DNA of 64,000 nt, taken from contig MU057403.1 of NCBI GenBank assembly GCA_013265495.1, positions 62,001 through 126,000 of the forward strand. The letters are read 5' to 3'. Positions 23,129 through 36,699 of this stretch are shown here, piece after piece. The notes beneath the pieces were generated by a model that worked only from the letters and a program-made list of their open reading frames with translations, had not been told where the DNA came from and searched no databases. Source of the stretch: Vicugna vicugna. Taxonomy: Eukaryota. Position numbers and translations under genes: made by a program. Within the stretch, counting starts at the first letter, position 1. Each line of letters starts with the position of its first letter.

Positions 23129-25575
23129 CTAAAGGTGGTACAGATTCAGAAAATTTTTTTACACTTCATAGCTTATCAAATCTGATGAGATTTTCATGTG
23201 TAGAAAAGAAAGACATTACAATGGCCCCCAAACAACGTCATTCTCTCGGTTGAAAGATCAATTGGTGAGCAAAGAGTTGGGTAACAAAATCTGGGGGATG
23301 ATTTTGTAGAAAATAAAAACCTTAGAAAACAAAATTATTTTTATAGCACAGATTAAATGTGTAGACACTTTAGGCATATGGATTAAGCACTGAGCTCCTT
23401 GCAGGAGACAGGGTTCACGGGGTTAATTTGGTTCAGTGTGAAAAGTGGCATTGAGACAGAAAAAAAAAAGGAAAGAAACTCCATATGGAGAAAGGAAACA
23501 CACAAAAAAGAAAACTTTAAGGATAATAACCTCCCTAAGGTTATGCCACAGTTTGTTATCCTGTTAAACAATGAATAGGCAGGCAGTCTCCAACACTTCA
23601 TTGGTAGTGTTCTGCAAGAATACCGCCTTATCTTTTATCCTTATGGATGCATATTGTAACAATGATTGGCACACATGCCATGACAGACACTTAATGGGCA
23701 GAGCATCTAAAAAGATGGGATATAAGCTGAACTACATTTAATATCAATACAATTTAGAGACTATGTCATATTTTTCAAAGGACTGCAGGTGGCATGGAAT
23801 CCACAGTGGCAGTGTGAGAAATATCTATCAGGATGCAAACAGGATAGAGTTCCATGTAACTCCCAACTTTTATAGCTTCCATTCACTGTTTCGCATGAGA
23901 CATGGCCCCTGTCATCGCCACCTTGTAGAGAAAGGGATTTGCTTCCAAAGGACTATGGCTGTCCGGTGGTCACCAAGCATCCCCAGGCAATTTTTACCTT
24001 CACCCTGCTTGGGTTATCAGGACACAGGTGACTTGAGCAAATTTCCACTTCAATAATTCCCAAGACCCCAGGAATATCAGCTTGTGAGACCATGATTGAA
24101 GATTTCATTTTCTTAAATCAATTTCCCAACAGCTGAATTTTATTAATAACCCCCACATCTTAATATGTGCAAAGATGGTCTATATATTTTCAAATATACC
24201 CTACTCCAAGCATCTCTAAAACCACATAATTTCTAGGGAAGCACATATGTGGATTTGTTCAACGTCCACCCAGATCACGTTTACCGGAGCCCTTGGTTCA
24301 CTTTCCAGCTCTGGAGAATTCTGCCGCTTCTTGCAAAATCCAGCAACAAATCTCTACGACCTGCTACCCTCAGGTGAATGGCTGTGTACAGGATGAACCT
24401 GGCCCCTGCGTAATAACTCAAAAGGTTCCAGAAGCAGCAATAAAATACCTGGTGGGCTTTGTGTTAGTCCTCAGTCCATCTGCAAAATCCTCTCCTGTGT
24501 TGGCCCAACAGACGCCCTTCTACATAAACCAAGCTTTTAGCTTTGGCTGGCTAATCTGGGTTGCGTAGCTCATTAGTCTCTGTTGCTGCTGGTGGGAGTG
24601 ACCAACCCAACCAGTCCTTGAGTTAGAGGAGACCAAACGATCTCATTCTGACGCACGTTAGTACTTCGAGTCCCCCACTGGCCTTGCCTAACTATCTTAC
24701 AAAACATACCATGGCCACATGCCTCAAAGGATTGAACAAAAGAGGTCCAGAGAGCTGGCCTTTAAAGAATAATGTCACTAGGTGATAGATAGGTGCATTG
24801 CTTTATTTGGTTAAATCCAGCCTTCTCTAGAAAGAATATGATTTACAAGAGAGAAAAAAAAAACCCAAATGCTTCATTTGTTGGGGTATCAGGGGTATGT
24901 TTGTTTGGGTGAATTTGATTGCCTAAGGAGAAAATGGATGGTCCAGCCCAGGAATGAAAAAAATGATAGCAGGATATCAGATTGTCATTTATAGGACACC
25001 GAATGGCCATGTGCCCCTCCTGAGCGGTCCTTCATCTCCCTTCAGGCATGATAATCAGGGGCTAACTCAAAACAGGGGGGTAGCCTCTCTAGGATCCCTA
25101 CATGGCATGATTGCAGACTTGTTTATCGACGCACTTAGCTAAAAGCTTGTACTCAAAGAACAGAGTGAAAAATGGGGTGCAATAGGATAGCATAAGGGGG
25201 AGCAGAAATTTTCATCAAGATAAAAAGACATGCAAGCTCAGACTGGGGCTAGAGAGCGTGAGGGAGAGGAAAGATGTCAAGAGTGGGGGTGGGTTGGGGG
25301 GTGGTGATGAAGGCAAAGCAGGAGAAGAAAGGCTGCTGTGCATTGTGTTTGGGGTCTCAGCCGTGTTTGTCAGTCTAAACGCAACTGGTCCTTTGCACCC
25401 GCCCAAGGAGAGTGCTTTAAAAACAGCCAATGCCCAGGCCCCCTCCACATCAATAAAATCAGGATTTCTACAGGTGGAGCTTGCGCAACGGTTTTGTTCT
25501 GTTTTAATTCCTTAGGGGATTCTTGAGGCCAAAGCAGATTCCAGATTCTTTAATAGCCGAGCAACTGACACTTAC

Positions 25576-25775
25576 CTTGAAACACAAGCTAGTTTTACTG
25601 GAAGTGCCCCAATTCTCTGGACATTTGGGTTCAGCGGTGGTGGTGGGCTCTGGTGGGCGAGTTACTCCTTCTGCCCAGTGTTTGCACACAAATTTTGCCT
25701 TTTCTTCACATCTCAAAACATCCCACAAGCCTCCTGCGACCCCAGTTCTCATGGCAACACACCCAGCTTTCCGAC
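25576..25775 (-). CDS. MRC1: MRC1 exon 12 (CTLD3 end, linker, CTLD4 start), 200 nt
   Basis: (G)RKAGCVAMRTGVAGGLWDVLRCEEKAKFVCKHWAEGVTRPPEPTTTAEPKCPENWGTSSKTSLCFK; ttgcag/gtaagt. Confidence 0.97.
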
Positions 25776-27775
25776 CTGCAAGTAATATAAAGTAGATTTC
25801 ACTCAGCAGGTGATAATGCAAGCCAGCCCTGCTCACAGAAGACAGTTCACACCTAACTGTCAAATCGTGTGATAAAATCCACACCTGATAAGAAAACCGT
25901 GGAGGAGTGGTCCTGCTGCATCTGGCAACTGATTTGTGCTATTTTTGAACCATCATATACCCTGTATTTGCATGGCCTGTATCCCCAGCTGAATTATAAT
26001 CTCAAAGGTCAGGGTTTTAGTAACATTTTTATTTCTAACAGCTGGCAGGGTGGCCCCCCACCAACAGAGACACAATTTTTCTAGTATGATAAAATTTACA
26101 ATAATGACAAATATAATGGTTTTTGATGTTTCTTTCATTTTTTTAAGAAAGTATTTAAGATCTGTTTCTTCCCCCTGGGGTCCATGTAAATATCCCAGAA
26201 CAGAAACTCTTCGGGCTTCAAAATGAGACCTGACTGAGTTAGAGATTTTAGATCAGTTGCTGAACTATTCTGAACTCATTTCCTCGTCTTAAAATGCAAG
26301 TATCACTACCTCCCTTACAGAGTTGTGATGCACACCAGCTTCAATGGATAAAAGGGTACATAAAATAAAATGTAGATTATACCAGGCTTCATAGTTTATA
26401 ATTGTGTGTTACAGTCATGATTAGTTTGAAACAGTAATTAACTAAGATGAAGCTTTGAAAACATTAGGATTTCTTGCTGCCGACATGAGGTCATCTTTTA
26501 TTATTGTTCCTTTAAAGAACAGTTAAGCGTTCAGAAGTAACTCTCAAAGTTCTGGGGAGATACATCTTTCCCAAAATATTTTCTCTAAGAAGGCTAGTTC
26601 CCTAGAGTTCTGGTTTGATTCATTTTTAACCCCCTAAGGATGTTCCCAGAGTAATCTCTTAGAATCCTACTGCTAAATGATCAACACCAACCAGTGAAGT
26701 TAAGGAGTTTTGCCTGAAGGGTAAGAATTACCACTCTTGACCAATATTTTTTTTTTAAGTGTGCATTCTGCTCTTAACATAATGTCCTGTTCTTTAAACT
26801 GAAATCTTACCATTTTTCAGGATATTCAATAATTAAACAAAAGCCACACTCTCCAAATTACTGATCTATTTTCCTTATTAACAGCTGGGGATACAAATTT
26901 TAAAAACTTCGGAAGATTAGGACTTACTAGGCCGAGTAGCAAATTGATGCATTTAAGCTATATATTACTCCTTTAGCTTTTTATCCAGATTCAATGAAAC
27001 ACTTGCTCTAAGGAGGCTGAATTTCCTGAGTGCAATCATACGCTATGACACCAGCGCATAAAGAAAGCAAAGACTCAAAGTCTGCTCAGAAATGACTTAT
27101 TAAAGAAGGCATATCAAAATTTATAAGGAGGCAGGATGGTATTAATGCACACAGCACAGATTTGGGAATTACAAAGATTAGTCTAAATCCATGCTTGGAA
27201 GCTTTCTGACCGCATAAATTTTCTGAGTCCCAGTTTCCCCATCTTTACGAGGATATTTGAACTTGCCTCGCAGATTTTTTATAAGGATGAAATAAAATCC
27301 GAGGCATAGAAAGGGCTAAATAGTGTGGCACCTACAAGACATTGAAATAATGAGTCCCACCTAAGCACCATCCGTGGCCCCACTGCCCCAGCACGGTAAT
27401 ATTTTTGCTCATAGTTGCACTGAAAAGCTTCATATCCCTTAAGTACAGTTTTAAGTTTTCAGAAGTATATTAACCATTTGGCATCTTTAGGACTATTTAG
27501 GATTTCATCAATATTTCATAAATATTCGAAATAGAGCAGTACCCGATAACCAAGCTGTTTTCTCTTCCTTTTTTTCTTAGACTGCTACAGACTAATTGGA
27601 ATATTTTTGAAAGAAAAAGAAAAAACAAAAAAAGAGTGAAATATAAAATAATGAAATTTAAAGAGCACAACTAACTGATGTAAGCCTGTTTGGAAAGGTA
27701 CACGGAGCAATCACAGGCTCGGCCCAATGGACGTGTAGGGTGAATGGAAACCCAAGGTGGAAGCCGGGCACGTAC

Positions 27776-27924
27776 CTGGCATATCGGAATTCCAGTGGGT
27801 GAACTGCACATCTTCTGCAACGGTCCACTGAAAGGTCCCTTTGTTTTGTACATCTGAAAGTCCTGTCCAAAAATACCTTTCAGGCCTCAATCCAACCAAA
27901 CTAGTCAGAAAGGCTTGTTCATAT
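27776..27924 (-). CDS. MRC1: MRC1 exon 11 (CTLD3), 149 nt
   Basis: YEQAFLTSLVGLRPERYFWTGLSDVQNKGTFQWTVAEDVQFTHWNSDMP(G); tttaag/gtacgt. Confidence 0.97.
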
Positions 27925-28237
27925 CTTAAAAAAAAAAAAAAAGTAACTGAATTTTAGAAAAATGTGAATTTTTCTAATTATCCACATTAAAAATCTCTCA
28001 ATTGTATGCCTGAGCTACGATTTCATTGCCAATTCAAACCCACTGTGTTGTATTTAAATATTCTTTAAATTATGCAAATTTTCACTAAGGACATGGGCTC
28101 TTGTGAAAGAAAAAAATCTTATACGGCTGATTGAATAAAGTCACACAAATGTACCCAAACCATTTCTCTCTATTGCTCATCAGCCCCCCTGCCCCTCCTC
28201 AAAAGGTAAAAGAACTCTGAAAATGCAAAGGAGAAAA

Positions 28238-28688
28238 CTTTTACTGAAGTAAATCACATCACAATATGTCAATTTCTGGTGTAGAGCAGTGTCCTGGTGA
28301 TGCATACACATACATATATTTGTTTTCATATTTTTTTCATTAAAGGTTATTACAAGATATTGAACATAGTTCCCTGTGCTCTACAAAAGAAACTTTTTTA
28401 AAAATCTATTTTTATATATAGTAGCGAACATTTGTAAATCTCAAACTCCCAAGTTTATCTCCTCCCACCCTCTTTCCCCAGTAACCAAAACTTGTTTACT
28501 AAGTCTGCAAGTCTGTTTCTGTTTTGTAGATGAGTTCACAGTATCCTCTTTTTTTTTTTTTTTAGAGTCTACATATGAGTGATATCACAAGGTATTTTTC
28601 TTTCTCTTTCTGGTTTACTTTACTTAGAATGACGATCTCCAGGTCCATCCATGTTGCTGCAAATGGCATTATTTTATTCTTTTTTATT
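28238..28688 (-). mobile_element. L1 3' end (younger, lineage-type)
   Basis: Reverse complement of the tgtacaccagaaattgaca..cttcagtaaaa terminus and tgccatttgcagcaacatggatggacct. Confidence 0.88.
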
Positions 28689-30193
28689 AGCCTTTTAAAA
28701 TATATTATTTAAAAATCAGTCCACTCTCAACTACTTCAAGTGTTCTACATAATTCTTGGTTAAGGAAGTTGAGATGTTATAACATTATCAAGGATAATAC
28801 AATTAGAAAATCTCTGTGGACTCTCCTTTCAATTTCATTCTCTTACCTCATCTGTAAACAGAAGAGAAAATTATCAAAAAACACAGAGAAGTAGAGATTC
28901 AGTCTCTAGAAAGAAAAGGGAGCAGAATCACAAATTTCAACATTTTCTCTCCCTCTGGACTCATCCTTGTATTTGGCATAATCTGGTATTAACACAATGT
29001 GGTTAGTAAAGCAAAGTCTATCTTAATTGACAGGCATTAGACAATGATACAACAATATATACAAAAAAATCTCTCTTTGGAGCAAAAGAAAACTAGTGTC
29101 CCAAAGTTTCCAGGAATGAAGGGAGGTGTAGATGACTCCAGAGAGAGCAGAGAGGGAAGTGGAGAGAAAGCCACAATAACAGAACATTTGTTTGACCCAG
29201 TCTGAATAATTTCATTCCCTAAACCAAACAAATGCAAAGCATGAAAAGTAACAAACTCAATTTTTCTTCAATGTCTAAAAACCAAATTTAACCTCAGTTG
29301 GGGAGCTCCTGAACAGAAGCATCATAGAAAACACATACAGAAAAGCAAACGTAAAATATAAAACAGAGGGAAATCTCTGCGCCAGTAGACCCAAAGATCA
29401 ATGGTTCACATCAGAACATGCTCCCATGGTACTGAAAGATGGACAGCTCACCTCCTTGTCATAAGAGAAAAAGTATCTATGCTCTGATTTTCAGATGTTA
29501 GCATTATATCAAGGTGTTACAATGTGTTAGACATTTAATTGTACATGAAAAAAGAATGTTGACATACAAGTTCTTTTATAAAGACTATACAAATTCTATG
29601 ACATCTTTCATTTTATCAAAGAATTTTTAGCATCTTCTACATTCAATTGGGTCTGCCTTGAAAAGCCAATAATTATAACTCACTATATTAAAATGCAATC
29701 ATCTTTGTTTACTCCAAATCAAATGGACATTTAAAAAAATTATTTTATGTTTCTTCTCTATCTGATCCAGTGCTTTGCAAAAAGTAGGAGAAATTTTTTT
29801 AAAAAAACTGAAATCCCAAAGGTGGATAGGACTCCAGAGGTTAAAAGTTACATAAAATCTTGTTTATGGCCACATCATTTTCTAGACCTATTAGTCCAGT
29901 AAACCTAGCAAAGAAAAGAAAACCATGGAAATAATTAATAAAATATTTCATAAATCTCTCCATCCTCTTTTTTATTGGAGGTGGTAGTAAAGATAGAAAG
30001 TGGAATTTTGAGATAACAAATTTTACTTTTCCTGCTTTAAAAAATTTGACATCTATTACATAAAAAAAAGGACAATAAATGACATTTACTGGAGTATTAG
30101 CAAACTGTTCTGAATATTGTTTTATGGTACTAAAAAGAGCAAAATATTTTATAGTGTTTGCAAAAAAGAATCCAAATAAAAATATGTTTTTTG

Positions 30194-30837
30194 CTGGGTA
30201 ATCCTACTCCTGGGCATATATCCAGAAAGAACCCTAATTCAAAAAGACACCAGCACCCCAATGTTCATAGCAGCACAATTTACAATAGCCAAGACGTGGA
30301 AACAACCTAAATGTTCATCGACAGATGACTGCATAAAGAAATTGTGGTATATTTATACAATGGAATACTATTCAGCCATAAAATGACAACATAATGCAAT
30401 TTGCAGCAACATGGATGCTCCTGGAGAATGTCATTCTAAGTGAAGCTAGCCAGAAAGAGAAAGAAAAATACCATATGATATCACTCATATGTGGAATCTA
30501 AAAAAATTAAAACAAAAACAGAAGACAAATGAACTTAAATATAAAACAGAAACACAACTGACAGACATAGAATACAAACCTGTGGTTGCCGAGGGGGAGG
30601 TGGGTGGGTAGGGACAGACTGGGAGCTCGAGATTTATAGATACTGACAGGTATATATAGAATAGATAAACAAGTTTATACTGTATAGCACAGGGAAATAT
30701 ATCCATGATCTTGTAGTAGCTCATGGTGAAAAAGAATATGAAAACGAACATATGTATATTCATGTATGACTGAAAAACTGTGCTGTACACCAGAAATTGA
30801 CACAACATTGTAAACTGACTACAACTCAATTAAAAAA
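30194..30837 (+). mobile_element. L1 3' end (younger, lineage-type)
   Basis: Continuous L1 3' UTR ending tgtaaactgactacaactcaattaaaaaa; possible TSD AAAAATATG on both sides. Confidence 0.92.
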
Positions 30838-30972
30838 TATGCGTTCTTTAATGGTGCTACCTTTACAAGATTGAATATAATTTACTCAGAAATTCAGAGC
30901 GCATTGATATGATTTCCTGGAAATGTTTCATTATTTGAAATATTTGAAAATAAACTTAAAGTAACGGCATAC

Positions 30973-31088
30973 CTGTCTTCAACAGTTGTTAGGTAAGCCT
31001 TCTCATTTGCACAGGTTTGGTTAGCTTCTGCGAACGTTGAAAGTGTGTGTCCAATCAAATAGCAGTAGAAGCCATGTCTTTTCCAGCC
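30973..31088 (-). CDS. MRC1: MRC1 exon 10 (CTLD3), 116 nt
   Basis: GWKRHGFYCYLIGHTLSTFAEANQTCANEKAYLTTVED(R); taacag/gtatgc. Confidence 0.96.
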
Positions 31089-31668
31089 CTGTTAATGTTA
31101 TCAAGCAAATTATCGTGCATATTTATTACATAATATCACTTAACAATTCTCCTAGCATGTAACACAAATTGGTAAACAAAAGATATGTGTAAAGAGCACA
31201 AACACGAATACTGTCACAGGCCATGAAGATAATTTATGTGAATAAAGAAAACAGAAGTTTACTGTTCCTCATGTGACAAGTTGTCATACAAAATGGGGGT
31301 GGAGGGAGTCATTCTTTCCACTTCTGATGCAATTTGCAACAAAAATGATTTGCAAAATATTTACCAGAGAAACTGAACAAAATGGCTAGGAGCTCGGTTT
31401 TGGAATAGGTAACCACAGGAAATAATCTGCAGAATGATAAGCCTAGTCGCCTACTGAGGCCAGTAGTAGATGAGGAGTATAAAGCCGTATCATTTGGTCA
31501 CAGGAGGGTATTTACCAAACTTCTGGCAACATGATTTGTGTGGTTTCTCTCCTACACTTCAAGCACACAGAAATGCTAAATAAAAACATAACAATAAACA
31601 AAAAAATCCATACTAGAATTGGAGAGAGAGAGATGGGGAAGTCTCCAGGTATCAAAAATAAGTACTAG

Positions 31669-31779
31669 TGGAGATACAGGTGTAGCTCAGTGGTAGAGCT
31701 CATGCTTAACCTGCATGAGGTCCCAGGTCAATCCCCAGTATCTCCTTTAAAATAAAAGTTTAAAAATAAAAAAATAAAC
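31669..31779 (+). mobile_element. tRNA-derived SINE (vic-1-like) with TSD
   Basis: gtgtagctcagtggtagagc A box; TSD TAAGTACTAG at 31659-31668 and 31780-31789. Confidence 0.9.
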
Positions 31780-32907
31780 TAAGTACTAGAAAACTAAAAA
31801 GCTGGAATGGAAAATGCACATGCTGAGATTATAGTCAGGCAGTCATGTATCAGACCTTGATTAAGGTCCTGGGGTCTAGGGCCTGGGGTATGACTGCCCA
31901 TACAGATTAGAATATTTGGTACATAAAGATGATACCCACTAACAGTAACCCCTCTGCGAGAGGAGAATGAGAAAACTCCACCCACAGAACGAGGAAATGA
32001 CAGAGATTCTTGTCATCCGCCTTGGGTTCTCGGTGCAGGAAGAAAAAAATTCTTCTTTTTGAAAATAAATAACAAGTCTGTGCCATAGGTGGGTGCCAGC
32101 CCCGACTTCACACTAGCCATACTGTATAAGAATCTAGAGCCAAAAAAGCAAAATAAAACGTGGTCTACAAAAGGAGAACCTTGCAAGCACTCTGAGAAGT
32201 CGCAGAAATATTTCACAACCCAGATCACGTAAGACTAACACACCTGCACCTCAGTGTTCACAGCAGTAATATTTACAATAGCCAAGACATGGAAACCTAA
32301 ATGTCCATCAACTGGTAAACGGATAGATTTCTGCTCAAGATGGTGGAGTGGTAGGACCACAGGCTCGCCTCTCCTGCCAACGACAGAAAAACCACGACTG
32401 ACTGCTAAACCACCATTGGGGGGAAAAAAAGCCTGGAACCTAGCAAAAAAGATCTTAAACTGGAAACATAAAGAAGGAACTACAGCAGGACGGTAGGAGG
32501 GGCGTGCTCACAATATAATCGGGCCCCATACCCCCCAGTGGGCAACCCACAAGCTGAAGAATACTTTAGTCACAGAGTGAGACTTAAGTGGGAGTGAGAG
32601 ACCCACGTCAGGCTCCCCAGCCCAGGGTTCTGGCATTGCAAGAAGAAGGAGACCCCAGGACATCTGGTTTTGAAGGCCAGTGGAGCTTAACTCCAGGAGC
32701 CCCACAGGACTGGGGGAAACAGAGACTTCATTCTCTTGGGAAGCGTACACAGAATCTTGCGTGCACCAGGTCCAAGGGCAGAGGCAGTGATTTCATAGGA
32801 ACCTGGACCAACATGCCTGCTGGTTTTGGAAGTTCTCTTGGGGACATAGGGGACAGCTGCAACTCACCCAGGGGACATAAAAGCTAGTGGCAGACATTCC
32901 AGGAGTG

Positions 32908-33740
32908 TTCATCTACATGAGCTTTCCTGGAGGCTGACATCTTGACTGGATCATTAGTACCAAGATCTGGTCCCACCCAACAGCCTGTAGGGAAGCCTCA
33001 GGCCAAACAACATACTAGATGGGAACACAGCCCTGCCCATTAGCAGACTTCCTGAGCTACAAAGGCCTCTAGATACAGCCCTGCCCACCAGAGGTCCAGG
33101 ACCAAAGTTCACCCAGCACTGGGCAGACACCGTGAAACCTGCATAAGCCTCTAGTCCAGCCTCATCCACCAGGGGGCAGAAGGAATCCACAAACACAGGC
33201 CAGACTCTACCCTGAGCCCGGCTGGACCTTGGTCCTTGGGTGACAAGAGAGGAGTGTCCTGCTGGGATGCATATGACGTCTCCCACAGAGGGCCACCTCT
33301 CCAATTCATCTACATGAGATTTCCTGGAGGCTGACATCTTGACTGGATCATTAGTACCAAGATCTGGTCCCACCCAACAGCCTGTAGGGAAGCCTCAGGC
33401 CAAACAACATACTAGATGGGAACACAGCCCTGCCCATTAGCAGACTTCCTGAGCTACAAAGGCCTCTAGATACAGCCCTGCCCACCAGAGGTCCAGGACC
33501 AAAGTTCACCCAGCACTGGGCAGACACCGTGAAACCTGCATAAGCCAGGAAACCTGCATAAGCCTCTAGGAAACCTGCATAAGCCTCTAGTCCAGCCTCA
33601 TCCACCAGGGGGCAGAAGGAATCCACAAACACAGGCCAGACTCTTCCCTGAGCCCGGCTGGACCTTGGTCCTTGGGTGACAAGAGAGGAGTGTCCTGCTG
33701 GGATGCATGTGACATCTCCCACAGAGGGCCACCTCTCCAA
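32908..33740. repeat. 397-bp tandem duplication in L1 5' UTR; second copy is 436 bp with an internal 21-bp triplication
   Basis: 32908-33304 vs 33305-33740, about 4 substitutions by eye; gaaacctgcataagcc(tct)ag x3 at 33531-33590. Confidence 0.95.
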
Positions 33741-33793
33741 GGTCGAGAAACATAACTAACCTAGCTAAAAATATAAAAAGAAAGATAGACAAT

Positions 33794-34680
33794 ATGAGGC
33801 GGCAGAGGAATATCTTCCAAGCCAAAGTACAAGATAAGAATCCCAAAAGCAGAAATAAGCAATGAGGAGACAGGCAATTTATTTGAGAAAGGGTTTAAAG
33901 TAATGATGGTGAAGATGTTCAGAAAACTCAAGAGGAGTATAGATGCACAGAGCAAAGTTTTTAGTAGAGAGTTGCAAAATATAAAGAATACCCAGAGTTG
34001 AAGAATAAAATCACTGAAATGAATAACACTCTAGAAGGAACCAAGAATAGACTGAACGAGGCAGAAGAACAGATCAGTGAGCTAGAAGACAAATTAGTGG
34101 AAATCACTACTGCAGAAAAAAGAAAAAAGAATGAAAAGAAATGAGGATAGTTTAAGAGAACTCTGGGACAATATCAAGTGCACTAATATTCACATTATAG
34201 GGGTCCCAGAAAGAGAAGAGAGAGAGAAAGGGACTGAGAAAATTTTTGAAGAGATAATAACCAAAAACTTCCCCAACTTGGGAAAGGAAACAGTCACCCA
34301 AGTCCAGGAAGTGCAAAGAGTACCATACAGGATCAACTCAAAGAGGAAAGCACCAAGGCACATAGTCATCAAATTGGCAAAAGTTAAGGATAAGGAGAAA
34401 ATATTAAAATCAGCAAGAGAAAAGCAACAAATCATATACAAAGGAACTTCCATGAGGTTACCAGCTGATTTTTCAGCAGAAACTCTATAGGTCAGAAGGG
34501 AGTGGCATGATATATTTAAAGTGATGAAAGGGAAAAACTTAACAACCAAGAATACTCTATCCAGGAAAGCTCTCCTTCAGATTTGAAGGAGAAATCAAAA
34601 GCTTCACAGATAAACAAAAGCCCAAAGAATTCAGCACCACCAAACCAGCTTTACAACAAATGTTAAAGGAACTTCTCTAG
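33794..34680 (+). pseudogene. Disrupted L1 ORF1p
   Basis: Starts MRRQRNIFQ; includes NEDSLRELWDNIKCTNIHIIGVPE..IFEEII..NFPNL..PRHIVIKL..PADFSAETL; premature stops and frameshifts; preceded by GC-richer 5' UTR from about 32328 (caagatgg motif). Confidence 0.92.
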
Positions 34681-36699
34681 TCAAAGCACAAAAAGAAAGA
34701 GGTTAAAAAAAAAACCTACAAAAGATTGCTTTGGCAATTCAGGGTCTTTTATGATTCCACGTAAGTTTTGGAATTGTTTGTTCTAGTTCTGTGAAAAATG
34801 TCATATGAGTATTTTGACAGGGGTTGCTTTGGATCTGTGGATTGCTTTGAGTAGTATGGCCATTTTGATAATGTGGAGTCTTCCAATCCAAGGGCAGAAG
34901 ATATCTTTCCATTTCTTTGTATCATCTTCAGATTTCCCTCATCAATGTTTTACAGTTTTCAGAGTATAGGTAACCTCCTTGGTTAAGTTTATTTATAGGT
35001 ATTCTGTTGTTTTGGTTTTTTTTTGATGCAAAGGAGATGTTTATGACAGTTATAAAATTCTGGTTTTTGAAGTTTAAAAAAAAGTGAATAAAGGGCTGCA
35101 AATGGCAAAATATCCTTCTTTTTTATGGGTGAGTTGTATTCCATTACATATATATGCTACATTGTCTTTATCCATTCATCTATTGATGTACACTTAGGAT
35201 GCTTCCATGTTTTGGCAACTATAAATAATATTGCTGTTAATAGTAAGGTGTATGTATCTTTTTGAATTAATGTTTTTGTTTTTCTCAGATATATGCCCAA
35301 TAGTGGAATTACTGGGCCATATGGTGGTTCTATTTTTAGGTTTTTGAGAAACCTCTGTATTGTTTTCCATAGTGGCTGCACCCATTTACATTCCCACCAA
35401 CAGTGTACAAGGGTTCCGTTTCCTCTACATCCTTGCCAACATCTGTTACTTGTGTTCTTATTGATGATGGCTCTTCTGACAGATGTGAGATGATATCTCA
35501 TTGTGATTCAGATTTGCTTTTCCCTGATATTAGTGATGTTGAGCAACTTTTTTGTTCCTGTTGGCCATCTGCATTTCCTCTTTCAGAAAAATGTCTGTTC
35601 AGTTCTTCTGCCCATATTTTAAGTAGGTTGTTTGTTTGCTTTTCAACCGAAGTACCATTGATTTAAAATATGTTGTATTAGCTTCTGGTGACAGCATGGA
35701 TGGACTTGGAGGGCATTAGACTAAGTAAAATAAGTCAGACAGAGAAAGACAAATACTTTAAGATATTACTTACATGTGGAGTCTAAAAAAGTACAACAAA
35801 CTAGTGAATATAACAGAAAAGAAACAGAGTCACAAATGTAAAGAAGGAACTAGTGGTTACCAGTGGGGAGAGGATAAGGGGAGGGGCAAGATGGAGGTGG
35901 AGGACTAAGAGGTACAAACTATCAAGTATAAAATAAGCTACAAGGATGTACTGTACAACATGGGGAATAGAGCCAATATTTTATAATAACTATAAACCTT
36001 TAAAAATTGTGAATTACTATATTATTTACCTATAACATATAATATTGTACATCAACTACACTTCAATTTTAAAAATATGATATTGTAAAATAAATACATA
36101 AATAAATTTTAAAAATGAAAAAACAGATGAATGGATAAAGAGGAGGTGGTATATCTATACACCTATACACAATGGAATATCACTCAGCCATAAAAAAGAA
36201 TGAAGTAATGCCATCTGCAGCAACATGGATGGACCTAGAGATTATCATATTAAGTGAAGTAAGTCAGATAGAGAAAGACAAATGTCATAAGATATTGATC
36301 ATATATGGAATCTTTAAAAATATACACACATTTTATTTACAAACCAGAAATAGACTCATGGACATAGAAAACAAACTGTGGTTACTAGGGGGAAAGGTGA
36401 GGGAAGGATAGATTAAGAGTTTGGGATTAACAGATACATGTTATTATATATAAAATAGATAAATAACAAGGACCTACTGTATAGCACAGGGAACATTATT
36501 CAATTTTTTATAATGAGAAGCAATGTAAAAGAAACTAAAAAAAAAAATGTATGTATGTATACGTATAACTGAATCACTTTGCTGTACACCTGAAACTAAC
36601 ATTGTAAATCAACTACACATCAATTAAAAATAAGAATTAAAAAAAAAGACTATGACATTTAAGCGTTGGGGTGGGGATGGTTTGGGGCCTAACTCACAA

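Larger units (their letters stand above)
32238..36645 (+). mobile_element. Nested L1 complex: host L1 3' end (32238-32326 and 36122-36645) split by L1 5' UTR/ORF1 and inverted segments
   Basis: Host sequence breaks after aaatgtccatcaactggtaaacggataga and resumes at aacagatgaatggataaag; AAGACTA at 32231-32237 and 36646-36652 as TSD. Confidence 0.8.

Noticed and set aside
31669..31750. tRNA gene (also at 3458, 17310, 51190)
   Set aside because: A-rich tails, TSDs and broken cloverleaf stems identify these as SINEs
32954..33740. 139-aa and 129-aa minus-strand ORFs with near-identical sequence (ORF0-like idea)
   Set aside because: They are the antisense reading of the duplicated GC-rich L1 5' UTR, have non-ATG starts and no recognisable homology; the similarity is explained by the DNA duplication
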